A stretch of 63,764 nucleotides of DNA, filler included, from Chiloscyllium plagiosum (GCF_004010195.1; 9 parts of 9 records of this genome joined end to end with filler, not necessarily neighbours in it); one strand, 5' to 3'. Shown: positions 1-13,400, counted from the whole stretch's first letter. Notes: generated by a model from the sequence alone, not told the origin. Translations and numbers: made by a program.

Positions 1-450
1 TTATTGTTGTGTTGTCCCAATCGAACTTGTGGTCCTTTTCTGCTGTGTGTGATGTTACTAAGGACGGCTGGTCATGGCGTTTTGTGGGTGGGTGATGTTC
101 ATGAATGCTAATCGCTCGTTGTCTGCCTGTTTGCCAGATATAGTGTTTCATGCAGTCTCTGCATGGAATTTTGTTCATCCTGCACATGATGGGTATTGGG
201 TCTTTTGTTTTGGAGAGTGTTTTGTCTAAACATGACAGTCGATTTATGGGCTGTCATAAATCTCAATGGTTGGAGGAGTCTGGCTGTCAGTTCGGAGACA
301 TTTTTTATATTAAGTGGCGTGCTAAGTGGGTTGGATCACGGCATGTTCTCGTTGGGTTGTTTGTCCGCCAGGTATCTGCGGATGAAGTTGCGGAATTATC
401 CGTTCTTGGCAAAGAATTTGTCGAGGTGTTCTTGTCTTTGCAGATCGTGA
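1..450 (-). mobile_element. Penelope-like retroelement fragment (GIY-YIG endonuclease region), degenerate
   Basis: Minus strand reads KIPCRDCMKHYIWQTGRQRAISIHEH...KRHDQPSLVTSHTAEKDHKFDWDNTTI, matching the PLE GIY-YIG pattern (CxxCxxxYIGQTGR...HxFDW). Confidence 0.75.
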
Positions 451-924
451 CTTCTGCTGTGTGATTTAGCCAGTTTGAAGATATCGCGGGTTTTTTTTTG
501 CCAAAATGGAAGATGATCCCGTTTGCTTCAAATTAAGCAGCTAAACACTTCGCTAAATTAAGCGAGACAGAGCTATTCAATCGCTTCTTCTTCAGCAAGA
601 TTTCCTAGTGTCCAGAGAGAAGAACAATCAAATAACGCTGGGGCGACATAAAATGATGTTTAACTCACAACTGAAGTCCAGCATGCAGTTCTGGTCACCA
701 CATTGTGGAAGGAATACTATTGGACTAATTAAAAGGTAGGAGGTAAGAGGAGATTCTGCTGTTTTATTACTCGGAGGGTGCTGCAACTCTGGAAGGGTGT
801 TTGAAAGGGTGGTTTAATCAGAATTCCTGCAACACGTAAATAGTATTTCGCCTCCATGCTGATTGGCCAAAGTTGGAAAATGAGATGAATGCAGTCAGAT
901 CTTTCTTTCCCATCGTGTGTACTT

Positions 925-1375
925 TATGTCTACTCTCCTCATCATGTGCTGAAAATGGAGATGACCAATGTATCTATGACAGACTGTCTTTCTCCGTGTC
1001 TGAGGTGTCGCAAATGGTGCTAGTTATTGTGCAATCAAAAGGGAACGTGGAGAAAGGTCTAAATATGGTTGTACCTAAGGTATATTCTTCTGAAACTCCT
1101 GAATTTATATCGAGGTGCTGAGATGATTGACCTCCAAACAGCACAATGAGTTTGTTTTGTGCTAGGTGTGACTTCAACTAATAAAGAGTTCCCCTATGAT
1201 TCTCATTGAGACGAGTTTTACTGGGAGGCGTTGATGCTGCACTCAGTCGATACTTGCCTTGTTGTGAGCGAAGTCATTTTCACCTCACCCTGAGAATTCA
1301 ATTTATTGTCCATGTTTGACCCAAACATTTAAGGAGGTTAGGAGACAAGTCACGTGGGTGAAAATGCAAACTGAG
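925..1375 (-). mobile_element. Degenerate LINE RT fragment (same family as 12255-13400)
   Basis: Recognisable nucleotide similarity to 12780-13250 (e.g. cacctcaccctgagaattca vs cacctcattcctggaatt). Confidence 0.5.
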
Positions 1376-3049
1376 TGCTTGCAACCGAGTCAGCTTCAGA
1401 TTCATACTTATTCCAATTCACGTTCAGAATAACGCACATATGGATTCAGCTTGGCTTTTGTGTCACATTTATAATAAATCAGTTCTCACATTCTACACAT
1501 TCAGAGTCGGTTAGCATCCAATTTACATTCTGCCAGATACCCATTCAGAAAAAAACTCAGATTCCGATTCAGAATGATTTAGTTTTAAATGGGAATGCCT
1601 AAGTTTCTCAAATAATCAGATTCGCATTATAAAGTAGTGTTACTGGACTCAAAACATTAACTCTGCTTTCTCTCCAGAAATGCTGACTGACCTGTCGAAT
1701 TTCTCCAACAATTGCTGTTTTAGTTTCAGATATCTTTGTCTGTTTTGCATTGTGAAGAATGTCATGTGATTTGCTTTTTTTTCAGCCTTAGTAAGCACTG
1801 GAGCAGATTGATTTAGTTCATACTTAGAAATATGCAGACTTGGTTATGGCTTGAATCAGATTCAAAATCAAATTCAATCAGATTCATTATGATAATACTT
1901 GCAATTTAGATTCACATTGAGTCCACATCAAATAATGAATTACTGGGATTATTAATCACCTTGATTCAGGTGCGAATGGAGATTCCGCAGATTCAGGTTC
2001 ATATTTACCCTGATTCCCATTTAGGTTTAGATTCGTATTGATTCTATTTCACAGTAGAACTAATTCAGAGTTCAGTTACATTAAATCAGATTCACGTTCA
2101 GGGACAAATTCAGTATGTTTCAGGTAAGGTTGAGAATTATTCATTCTCAGCTTTAGATTACTCAGATTCGGAGTTGTAGCTCAGGTTGAGATTCTGGATG
2201 TAAGTTTGCTCGAAGAGCTGGAAGATTCTTTTGCTCAAATTTATATCTAGACTCTGATTCATAATGTTTCAGTCTCCAATTTCCATTAATTTAGTTTCAC
2301 TTCCAATCACATTGTTCCAAATCGAAACTTGGATTATTGCTGAGTTACATTCAGAATGATTCAATTTCAGAGTTAAATGAATTCAGGTAAATATTTTCAA
2401 TTATTCAAATTCAGGTGTTGAAATTTATCGTTGCTTGACTGGTAATCAATTGACCAAGAAAGGCCGAGGACTGGTTCAAATCCCACTATGACAAATGTTA
2501 GGCATCGAATTAAACAAAAGTCTGGAGTTGAAACTCTACCGATGACCATGAAATCATTGTCAATTGCTTTTCTGACGTCCTTTCGAGGTGAAAACTGCCA
2601 GCCTCCGAATGCAGATACCCAGAAATGTCATTGACTCTTTACTTCCGTCTGAAATGGCAAAACATTTGTGAGTTTCAACAGCTAGAACATTGCAGAAAAC
2701 AATGGAAGGACCACGTGGTATCAACAAATGCACTGGAAATGGCAGCCGAAAACTCACTCCTGTCAGTATGCAAAGTCCGCCTTCTTAATATCTGTGATTA
2801 GTCAATCAAAAACGTGACAGAACCTTGCTCATAAAATCATAATCTTCACACACTCGCCATCTCCATGCGTGTTCTGTCCTACTGTCAGGGCAGACTCAAA
2901 GGCGGTGGTAGCAATGGTAGACAGTGGAAGAGAGTTGAACTGGGACTCAACATTGACTCTTGACCACATGTCATCAGATCAAATATGGGCAAGGAAATCG
3001 CTTGCTCTGTACAATGTTACACACACCGTCCTTAACCCACTACCCTTGT

Positions 3050-3405
3050 GATGGAGCGCCGGAGGCTGAGGGATGACATTGTAGAGGTTTATAAAATCAT
3101 GTGGGGCTTAGATAAAGTGAAGCCAAGTTCTTTTCCTTGGTAGGGGAGTTCAAAATTAGAGGGTTTAGGGTTAATGCCAAAGTGGAAGCAATTAAAAGGG
3201 ATCTGAGGAGTGGTAGGTGTACAGACTGAGGTACCAGAGGAAGTGGTGGAGGTGGGTACAAAAATAACATTTTAAAAGACAGAGACATGGAGCGAGAAGT
3301 TTAAAGGGGGTACGAATCATGTGGGATTAATTCAGTTTGGAATATCTGGCCGGCATGGACGGTTGGACGGGACAGTCTGTTTCGGTGCTGTATCTATGAC
3401 TCTAT
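3050..3405 (+). mobile_element. CR1 LINE 3' end fragment
   Basis: ggaggctgagggatgac...gaggtttataaaatcatg...tctatgactctat tail, matching the 3' end of the 7150-11596 element. Confidence 0.75.
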
Positions 3406-3847
3406 AGCGAAAAGGCTATTGATAATAATTGGTTACATCTAATGAAACGAACAGACAAGGTGGTTCAGACAGCACGCACCTTGAATTGTATTTGTCTACA
3501 ATGACTGAATCGGTTGTCATCATTATATGATCGCGACCTTCCAAAAAAAAACAAAGACGTTGAAGCAAGATATCAGAACATCCAAGCTTTTTGCTGCAAA
3601 ATGCCTCATACACGGAATCCATTCTGAGCAGCTGCAGTGGAAGTACAAAAAGTAAATTCAAATACTTGGGCGTTAATAATGTCAGTGACAATCGTGAGTG
3701 CATTATATAGAATACTCGAGCGTTAGTTTTCCCTCATTAGACTGGTAGGAACCTCAAACGTCAGCACAACTCATATACCGACAGACACATTTGAAACCGG
3801 ACATCCTCCCTTCTGTTGTGGTGAATTTGTATATATTACACATAGCA

Positions 3848-3855
3848 ATGCAAAT
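3848..3855 (+). promoter_or_regulatory. Perfect octamer ATGCAAAT upstream of the VJ-C1 gene
   Basis: ATGCAAAT lies 25 nt 5' of the leader ATG at 3881. Function is unproven. Confidence 0.4.
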
Positions 3856-3880
3856 GATCACTTCAGTTTAGCTGTTCAAG

Positions 3881-5993
3881 ATGTTTAGTGTCTTACTTCA
3901 CTGCACGGCCATGTTATCTATCAGTTATACAGGTTTCGTGCTCCTCTTTCCAATGAGTGACCGTTATTTCACTCTGTTTCTGATGTGTAGATATATGAAA
4001 GCTTTTTATACAGCTTTTTCTATTGCTGTTTTGTTTTGTCAATACGTGCTTGTTTTCATAACGTCTTCTAGGTTTGTTATGCATCATTTAATTCGATAGT
4101 TAGTTCTTCTTTTTGTTTTGCAACAGCCTCTCACAATTCTCAACTAACGGTGAGACAAGATCGAGAGTGCGCAGTCACGAGAGGCTCCTCGGTTAAACTT
4201 TATTGCATTTTCCCCATCTTTCGAGACAAGAAGCCAGTGAAAGTGCAGTGGTGGAGAGATGGGAGAGACGGGTTCTTGGAGGAAAGTTTGGACCGCAGAA
4301 TCCAGCTTTATTCCCTCACTCAGGGAGGATCTGTCTTACAACTGGCAGATGTAAGATTGGAGGACGCTGTGGTTTATTACTGCAGAGTGACACACAACGT
4401 GGCTGCAAACGGAACCGGCACCAACCTGGTCGTGTTTGGTAAGGATTACGGAGAGGGGAAAATACTGCGTTTGTTCTAAGGCATTAATTTGAATCACAAT
4501 CAAAATGTGGATTTAATCTCCAAGGAAAGAATTTGTCATCTTCTGTTCCGACCTTAACAACATAAGATGTCGGAGTGGAGATAGACGTTTAGGGTCTGCT
4601 CCGCCAATCAATGATATCCTGGCTCATCAGCTAGCCCTTAATTCCACTTTCCTGCCTTTCCCCGATCAGCCTTGAATTAGTTAGCAAACAAATATGTATC
4701 TATCCCAGTGTGGAATGCACTTACAAACCAAGTCTCAAGAACCCTCTGTGGAAAAGTATTCTGCAGATTCTCAATCTCTAACAGAACAATTTCTACCTTT
4801 TAAATAAGCACCCTCTTATTCTGAGATTATGCCCTCTGGTCATAGTTTCTCTCACAAGGGGACATAACCTTTCTGCATGAATAATGTCAAATCCTCTAAG
4901 AATCTTCTAAAGTTCAATAAAGTCGCCTCTCTGTCCTCTGTAATCCAACGCGTACACACTCAAACTGATCCTTGTTGTCAGTGTTGGGCTACTACAGATG
5001 CCTTGCTGAAGAAAGGTTAGGGTTCTAAATGAAAACGAGACGTGTTTATTCAAACTTCACATGCCCTTCAGCCGAGTTTACATTAACTTCGGTTTATTTA
5101 ATGAATGCGAGTTTTACTCAGTGTGTAACGTGTGTTTTGGGTGGGGAATTTTTGTTGAACTGTCAAAAGCGATCTCCTCAGAGGTTGGAACATAATGATC
5201 CCATCTCAGAAAGAAAAGCACGGAGAAGGACTACACATCTCATAATTGGTATTAACATTTGAAACGTGATGTTTTGTGTATTTAAATACTTGGAGGAATG
5301 GAAAATACTAAGATTGCGAAATAAGCAATTAATTGATTTCAGAGGCAGAAGCAAACGCATTTGCCGGTGGAAAATTTAAATCAACGTTTCCTTTAATTCC
5401 AACTCTATGACGCTAAAACTGCAACATTAGTTATAACAATTCTCTTTTCAAATTTCAAATTACGTCTGTAATTAGGCTTTGAAGAACCTTTCTGCTTTCT
5501 CTTCGATCTGAATCTTGTGCCAGCAGAATGTTTGAACTGAATGGTATCACCTTTTAACACCCGAAATGTCGAGCAACTGAACGCCGTTTGCGGTTTTCAG
5601 GTTCTGCTTGTCCTTGAGACAGAATTTGCTTCACATTTTTCAAATGAAATGTAGGCTTCAAAACAAACGTTTTCTTTTCTTTTTGTTTAGTCCCTCCGAC
5701 TCCACTCAAACTGGTCAAACTGCCGGAAGACGGCTCAGCTTTCGTTCTAACTCTTCTTTGCACAACTGCTGCGTTTTACCCAGACAACCTGAACATCACT
5801 TGGTACAAAAATGTTTCAGAAATTGCAACCGGGATGGAACATGTCAGACTGCAGAATGCAATCGGTCTCTATGAGGTTTCCAGCCACCTGACTGAGACAG
5901 AACCCGTTCAGAGCGGTACCGTTTACACTTGTCAAGTGTCTCACATCTCACTTCGGACGCCAGCCAATGTCAGCTACACTTTCAATAAATCGG
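3881..5993 (+). CDS. Non-rearranging antigen-receptor-like IgSF gene (leader + VJ-type V + C1); NKp30/SIRP/VJC1-like; 3' exons not found
   Basis: Exons 3881-3932 (MFSVLLHCTAMLSISYT), 4127-4438 (KLYC..VQWWRDG..DAVVYYC..NGTGTNLVVF) and 5691-5993 (LLCTTAAFYPDNLNITWYKN..YTCQVSHISL). All introns are GT-AG, all junctions phase 1, the frame is open and there is no RSS. Confidence 0.85.
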
Positions 5994-7149
5994 GTAGGTT
6001 CATTCAATGATATTAACTTCGTTGCAATGAGATTTGTAATAATTGTAGTTTTGGACTCGCCACATTCCCAGCTGTGCAACAAGGAACTGAGTGGTGTTTT
6101 TCCCAATGGACATCTGTGTTCATAAGGGTCCCACAGAGGTCAGAGTTGGCCCTTCCTCTTTGTGGTTTATGGAAAAGATTTAGACTTGATTGTAGGAGGG
6201 CTGACCAGTATCTTCGTAGATGACACAAAAATTGGTGGGTTGGGAAATAGTGAGGAGGATAACCACAGGTTGCAAGGATGAATGAGTGAAAGATATATTG
6301 TATGTATTTGACAGTGAAATATTTAAAAAAGTGAAAAACTTTCAAGTGTCGCCACAATCCAGAGCCGATTTGAATATTTAAGAATAAGAGAAACCGAAAA
6401 CAGGATACAGAAGGACTGGTCAGATACGTAATCAATGGGAAATGGAAATCTGTATGGATCAAGTGAGGTGATACACTGGATCATGTCACACAATGCAAAG
6501 GAATATATGATGAGCAGTAGAAACCTGGGATCAGGGAGATGTTGTGCGCATTCAATGCTTCTTCAAGTTATCAGTACAGGTGGAAAACATGGTTAAGAAA
6601 TCATTTCTGACACTTTCCGTTACTGGCCGAAGCGTGAAGTTTAAGAGAAGGGAGGGTAGACTCGAACTGTGCAAATCGTTGGTTCAGTATAAAATGATGT
6701 GAGACACAGGCAGGTTAGACAGTAAGACACTTTTCTCCTCGATCATAGACTCTGGTAACGTAGAACTAAAGTAAGGGACAGAAGGCTCAGAGGATAAAAA
6801 CGTCTTATTTCACCCAGAGGGTGGTGGGAATCTGGAACTCCCTGTCTGTAACGGGGTGCTAGAGGTAGAAACTCTCATAATATTTACGAAGTATTTAGAT
6901 GTGCACTTAAGCCGCTTAGACAGACAAGTGCTGGAAAATATGATGACAGCGAAGTGTTTTATTTTGACCAACGTGGACGCGATGAGGACCCAAAGTCCTT
7001 TTTTCTGTACTGCAGACCTGTCCCACTCTATAACCTAAGCTATAAATAGCGCTCAGGAAGTCCACATGTGAACCATTGCTCTATCCACTGATAAATATTT
7101 GCTCACAGATTAGTCTGGTACTAGGCCAACATTTTTTTGAGGTATTTCA

Positions 7150-10100
7150 GGTGTTGGAGGTGATTTACTCGAATTCCAAGAGCAGCAATTATTGTTTTAT
7201 ATGCTGTTGCACTGTTTTGGAACTTTGGGAAAAGAAAGTCAAAACAACAACAGTTTTAAAAGGGAGAAGAGCAGAGAAAGGAAGCGCATGGTGAGGACAG
7301 TGCAGGAAAGAGAGACAGAGACAGAGACAGAGAGAGAGAGAACCTGCACAGTTACCGTGCATGGCTGGACATCGGAGTGCATCTGGGAAAATTAACAAAC
7401 AGTGAAATTCACAACTAATCTTGGAGGAACTGTTGGGCGAAGTTCACAGCACTTGTTTTTTGTTGTTTTAAGTCTGTCGAAGAGAAAGGCTGCAGTAGTG
7501 AGTATAGTGGATTCTTTCTTGATTATATGTTTTTTGAGATACGTCTCTTGATTAAACTTAAAATATACGCCATAGGTATTAATTTAACCTGGGGCAGTGT
7601 TTGTAGAGGAATAAGACGGTATTATTTTCTGGGTCTGTAGATTGTGAAGGAACAAAAATCACCTTTGCAGTGATATGTACTTCTTGTCAGATGTGGGAGT
7701 TTAAAGAGTGTTTAAGGGTTACTGCGGATTGTATCTGCCATAAATGCTGTTGGATGCGAAACTTATCAGATCGAGTGGATCGGTTGGAGAGACAGATAGA
7801 AGCGATGGGGAATTTGCAACAGCAACAGTATGTGATGGGTGGCAGTTATAGGAAGGGGGAAGTCTCAGGTACAGTCACACAGATGGGTTAACTCCAGGAA
7901 GGTTAAGAGAGGTCGACACCTAGGGCAGGAGTATTTTGTGGATATACACATTTCAAACAGGACTGTTGTATTGGAAAATGTAGGGGGGTAATGGATTCGG
8001 GAACATAGCCCCAACATCCAAGTTTCTGGTGTTGAGACTGGCTCTCATGCAACGTGGTGTATGTCGGCTTCCAAGAGATCAATCGTATTGGAGATTCTGT
8101 AGTTAGAGGTACAGACAGACGTTTCTGTGGCCAGCTGAAAAAAAGCAGAATGGTGAGTTGTTTCCATGGTAAAAGGATCAAGGATGTCTCAGGGAGGGTG
8201 CAGAAAGTTATCACGGGGGAGAAGGGCCAGCAGGAGGTCCACATTGGAACCAACGATATTGAAAGAGAAAAGGTTGAGTCTCTGAAGGGAGATTACAGAA
8301 AGTTAGGCAGAAATTTATAAAAGAGGTCCTCAAGGGTGGTAATATCTGGATTATTCCCAGTGCTATGAGCTAATGAGGACAGGAATAAGGGGATAGAGCA
8401 GATGAATGCATGGCTGAGGAGCTGGTGTATGGGATAAGAATTCACTTTTTTGGATCATTGGAATCTTTTTTGGGGTAGAAGTGACCTGTACAAGAAGGAC
8501 CAATTGCACCTAAATTGGAAGGGGACAATATACTGGCAGGAAAATTTGCTAGAACTGCTTGGGTGGATTTAAACTAGTAAGGTGGGAGGGTGGTACCAAG
8601 GGAGATAGTGAGGAAAGAGATCGATCTGAGACGGGCACAGCTGAGAACAGATGTGAGTCAAACAGTCAGAGCGGGACTAATAAATTAAACTGCAGTTATT
8701 TCAATTTAAGGGGCCTAACAATTTAAGGGCTAGTAGGTATAGGGAATGCTGAATGACTAAAGAAATTGAGGGTTTGGTTAAGAAAAAGAAGGAAGTATAT
8801 GTCAGGTATAGACAGGATAGATCGAGTTAGGAATATGGGACTGGGATATCATAGCAATTTCAGAAACATGGCTCAGGGATGGGCAGGCCTGGCAGCTTAA
8901 TGTTCCAGGATACAAATACTTCAGGGAGGATAGAAAGGTAGGCAACAGAGAAAGGGGAGTAGCATTTTTGATAAGGAATGTCATTACAGCTGTGATGAGG
9001 GGGGATATTCCCAGAAATATATCCAGGGAAGTTATTTGGGTGGAACTGAAAATAAGAAAGGGATGACCAAATTATTGGGATTGTATTATAGACCCCCTAA
9101 TAGTCAGAGTGAAATGGAGAAACAAACTTTTAAGGAGATCTCAGCTACCTTTAAGAATAACAGGGGTAGTTATGGAAGGGGATTTTAATTTTCCAAACAT
9201 CGACTGGGACTACCATAGTGTTAAAGGTTTAGATGGAGAGGAATTTCTTAAGTGTGTACAAGACAATTTTCTGATTCAGTATGTGGATATACCTACTAGA
9301 GAAGGTGCAAAACTTGATCTACTCTTGGGAAATAAGACAGGGCACGTGACTGAGGTGTCAGTGGGGGAGCACTTTGGGGCCAGCGACCATAATTCTATTC
9401 GTTTTAAAATAGTGATGGAAAAGAATAGACCCGATCTAAAAGTTGAAGTTCTAAATTGGAGAAAGGCCAATTTTGACAGTATTAGGCAAGAACTTTCAAA
9501 AGCTGATTGGATGCAGATGTTAGCAGGTAAATGGACAGCTGGAAAATGGGAAGCCTTCAGAAATGAGATAACAAGGATTCAGAGAAAGTATATTCTTGTC
9601 AGGGTGAAAGGGAAGGCTGGTAGGTATAGGGAATGCTGAATGACTAAAGAAATTGAGGGTTTGCTTAAGAAAAAGAAGGAAACATATGTCAGGTATAGAC
9701 AGGATAGATCGAGTGAATCCCTAGAAGGGTTTAAAGAAAGTAGGAGTATACTTAAGAGGGAAATCTGGAGGGCAAAACGGGGTCATGAGGTAGCTTTGGC
9801 AAATAGAATTAGGAAAATACAATGGGTATTTACAAATATATTAAGGACAAAAGGGTAACTAGGGAGAGAATAAGGCTCCTCAAAGATCAGCAAAGTAGCC
9901 TTTGTGTGGAGCCACAGAAAATGGGGGAGATACTAAATGAATATTTTGCATCAGTATTTACTGGGGAAAAGGATATGGAAGATATAGACTGTAGGGAAAC
10001 AGATGGTGACATCTTGCAAAATATACCGATTACAGAGAAGGAAGTGCTGGATGTCTTGAAATGATTAAAAGCGGATAACTCCCCAGGACCTGATTAGGTG

Positions 10101-11596
10101 TACCCGAGAACTCTGTGGGAAGCTAGAGAAGTGATTGCTGTGCCTCTTCTTAAGATACTTGTATCATCGATAGTCACAGGTGAGGTGCCAGAAGACTGGA
10201 GGTTGGCAAACGTGGTGCCACTGTTTAAGAAGGGTGGTAAAGACAAGCCAGGGAACTATTGACCGGTGGGCCTGAACTCAGCGGTGCGCAAGTTGTTGGA
10301 GGGATTCCTGAGGGTCAGGAAGTACATATATTTGGAAAGGCAAATACTGATTCGGGATAGTCAACATTGCTTTGTGCGTGGGAAATCGTGTCTCACAAAC
10401 TTGATTGAGTTTTTTGAAGAAGTAACAAAGAAGATTGGTGAGGGCAGAGCAGTAGATGTGATCTATATGGACTTCAGTAAGGCGTTCTACAAGGTTCCCC
10501 ATGGGAGACCGATTAGCAAGGTTGGATCTCATGGAATACAGGGAGAACTAGCTATTTGGATACAGACTGGCTCGAAGGTAGAAGACAGAGTGCGGTGGTG
10601 GAGGGTTGTTTTTCAGACTGGAGGCCTTTGACCAGTGGAGTGCCAAAAGGATCGCTGTTGGACCCCCTACTTTTTGTCATTTACATAAATGATTTGGGTG
10701 CCAGCATAAGAGGCACATTTAGTAAGTTTGTAGATGACATCAAAATTGGAGGTGTAGTGGACAGCGAAGCAGGTTACCTCAGATTACAACAGGATCTTGA
10801 CCAGATGGAGTTTAATTCAGATAAATGCGAGGTGCTCAATTTTGGGAAAGAAAATCTTAGCAGGACTTATAAACTTAATGGTAAGGTCATAGGGAGTGTT
10901 GCTGAACAAAGAGACCTTGGATTGCAGGTTCAGAGCTCCTTGAAATTTGAGTCGCAGGTAGATAGGATAGAGAAGAAGGCATTAGGTATGCTTTTCTTTA
11001 TTGGTCAGAGTATTGAGTACAGGAGTTGGGAGGTCATGTTGCACAGGGCATTGGTTAGGTCACTGTTGGAATATTGCGTGCAATTCTGCTCTCCTTCCTA
11101 TCGGAAAGATTTTGTGAAACTTGAAAGGGTTCAGAAAAGATTTACAAGGATGTTGCCAGGGTTGAAGGATCTAAGCTACAGGGAGAGGCTGAACAGGCTG
11201 GGGCTGTTTTCCCTGGAGCGTTGCAGGTTGAGGTTTACAAAATTATGAGGGGTATGGATAGGATAAATAAACAAAAGTCTTTTCCCTGGCGTCGGGGAGG
11301 CCAGAAGTAGAGGGCATAGGTTTAGGGTGATAGGGGAAAGATATAAAAGAGTTCTAAGGGGCAACATTTTCACGCAGAGGGTGGTACGCATATGGAATGA
11401 GGATGGGGTGGAGGCTGGTACAATTGCAACATTTAAGAGGCATTTGGATGGATATATGAATAGGAAGGCTTTGGAGTGAAATGGGCCGGGTGCTGGCAGG
11501 TGGGACTAGATTGGGTTGGGATATCTGGTCGGCATGGACGGGTTGGACCGAAGGGTCTGTTTCCATGCTGTACATCTCTATGACTCTATGAGTCTA
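7150..11596 (+). mobile_element. Near full-length CR1 LINE (ORF1 Zn-finger + esterase; ORF2 APE endonuclease + RT), inactivated
   Basis: CTSCQMW..CHKC (7670); GDSVVRGTD esterase (8090); GDFNFPNIDW and ASDHNSI APE; YMDFSKAF, GVPKGSLL and KFVDD RT; ctatgact-type tail at ~11577-11596; many stops and frameshifts. 5' boundary approximate. Confidence 0.9.
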
Positions 11597-11950
11597 ATCA
11601 ACATCTGTATTGACGACCGATGAACATTTTCCTTTTCTGGACAAATTGAGAAATTTTCGCCTTCTAAATCTTACATCAGGAAAGTTTCTCGTCCTCACCG
11701 ATGCGGTTGATGAACTTGTATATTTGTTTAAAAGTCCCACAACATCCTCTCTGTGATGAAACGTGCCTACTCTTTGGTAATGATACAATCGGCGGGTGGC
11801 CCGCAGTATGCCCAGAGCTCGGTTATAATAAACAAGTTCTAATTTTTAAATTTATTTTCGTGGGATGTGAGTACTACTGACTGGTCCGTGTATTGCCCAT
11901 CCTTAGTGAAGGAAGGGCGGTGAGTGGCTTGGAAGGGAGTTTGAAGGTGT

Positions 11951-12254
11951 TTAGATTAGATTACTTACAGTGTGGAAACAGGCCCAACAAGTCCACACCG
12001 CCCCGCCGAAGCGCAACCCACCCATACCCCTACATTTACCCCTTACCTAACACTATGGGCAATTTAGCATAGCCAATTCACCTGACCTGCACATCTTTGG
12101 ACTGTGGGAGGAAACCGGAGCACCCGGAGGAAACCCACGCAGACACGGGGAGAATGTGCAAACTCCACACAGTCAGTCGCCTGAGTCGGGAATTGAACCC
12201 GGGTCTCTGGCGCTGTGAGGCAGCAGTGCTAACCACTGTGCCACCGTGCCGCCC
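11951..12254 (-). mobile_element. tRNA-derived SINE (shark HE1/V-SINE type)
   Basis: Minus strand begins GGGCGGCACGGTGGCACAGTGGTTAGC (A box)...GGTTCAATTCC (B box), has the TCTCCCCGTGTCTGCGTGGGTTTCCTCCGG core and an (AATCT)n tail. Confidence 0.9.
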
Positions 12255-13400
12255 TCCATGTTGTGTCCCCATATAATCTGCTGCCATGTCCTTCTAGTTG
12301 GGAGTGGTCATAGGTTTGGAAGGTGCTGTCTGAGGATCTTTGGTAAATTTCTGCAGTGTATTTCATGGGTAGAAATCACTGCAGCTACTGAGCATTAGTG
12401 ATTGAGAGAGTGGATGCACGTGGATGTAGTGGCTGCTTTGTCTTGGATAGTGTCAAGCTTCTTGAATGTTGTTGGAGCTGCATTCATCCAGGCAAGTGTG
12501 AAGTATTCCATTACACTCCTGACGTGTGCCTTGGAAATTTCAGGAGTCAGGAGATGAGTTACTGGCCTCAATATTCCTAGCCACTGACCTGCTCTTGCAG
12601 CCAGTGTTTAATATGGTGAGTTTCTGAACAATGATAACTCCCAGGATATTCATAGTAGTGGATTCAGTGATAGTAACACAATTGAATGTCTCGGGGCGGT
12701 GGTTAGATTGTCTCTTGTTGGTGATGGTCATAGCTTGACATTTATGTGGCACATATGTTACTTGTCAGCCCTAGCCTGGATATCGTCCAGATCTTGTTGC
12801 ATTTGGGCATGGACAGTTTCAATGTCTGAGGATTCCCAAATGGTGTTGAACATTGTGCAATCATCAGTGAACATTCCCATTTCTGACCTTATGTTGGAGC
12901 GAAGTTCATTGATGAAGCAGCTGAAGATGGTTGGGTGGAGGACGCTACCCTGTAGAACTCCTGTAGTGATGTCCTGCAGATGAGATTACTGATCGCCAAC
13001 AACTACAACTGTCTTCCTATATGCCAGATATGACTCTAACAACTGGAGAATTGTCCCCGATAATGATTGATTCCAGTTTTGTTCGGGCTCCTTGATGCCA
13101 CATATTGGTCAAATGCAGCCTTGCTGTTAAGGGCTACCACCCTCACCTCATTCCTGGAATTTTGTTCTTTTTCCATGTCTGGACCAAGGCTGTAATGAGA
13201 TCAGGGACTGAGTGGCCCTGGAAAAACCCAAACTGAGTATCACTGAGCAGGTTATTGCTGAGCAGAGGCTGCTTGATAGCACTGTTGATGACACCGTCCA
13301 TCATTTTACTGATGATCAAGTGTAGACTGATGTAAAGGTACTTGTCCTGGTTGGATTTTTTCTGCTTATCTATAGGATATATTTGGGAAATTGTCCACAT
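12255..13400 (-). mobile_element. LINE RT fragment (CR1/L2-group), degenerate
   Basis: Minus strand reads LLSDTQFGFFQGHS and GVLQGSVLHPTIFSCFINELRSNIRSEMGMFTDDC. Confidence 0.75.

Noticed and set aside
7151-7290. Possible TM exon for the VJ-C1 gene (GVGGDLLEFQEQQLLFYMLLHCFGTLGKES...)
   Set aside because: The phase fits, but the hydrophobic run is only ~14 aa and the region looks like the CR1 5' UTR. Not supportable without RNA data.
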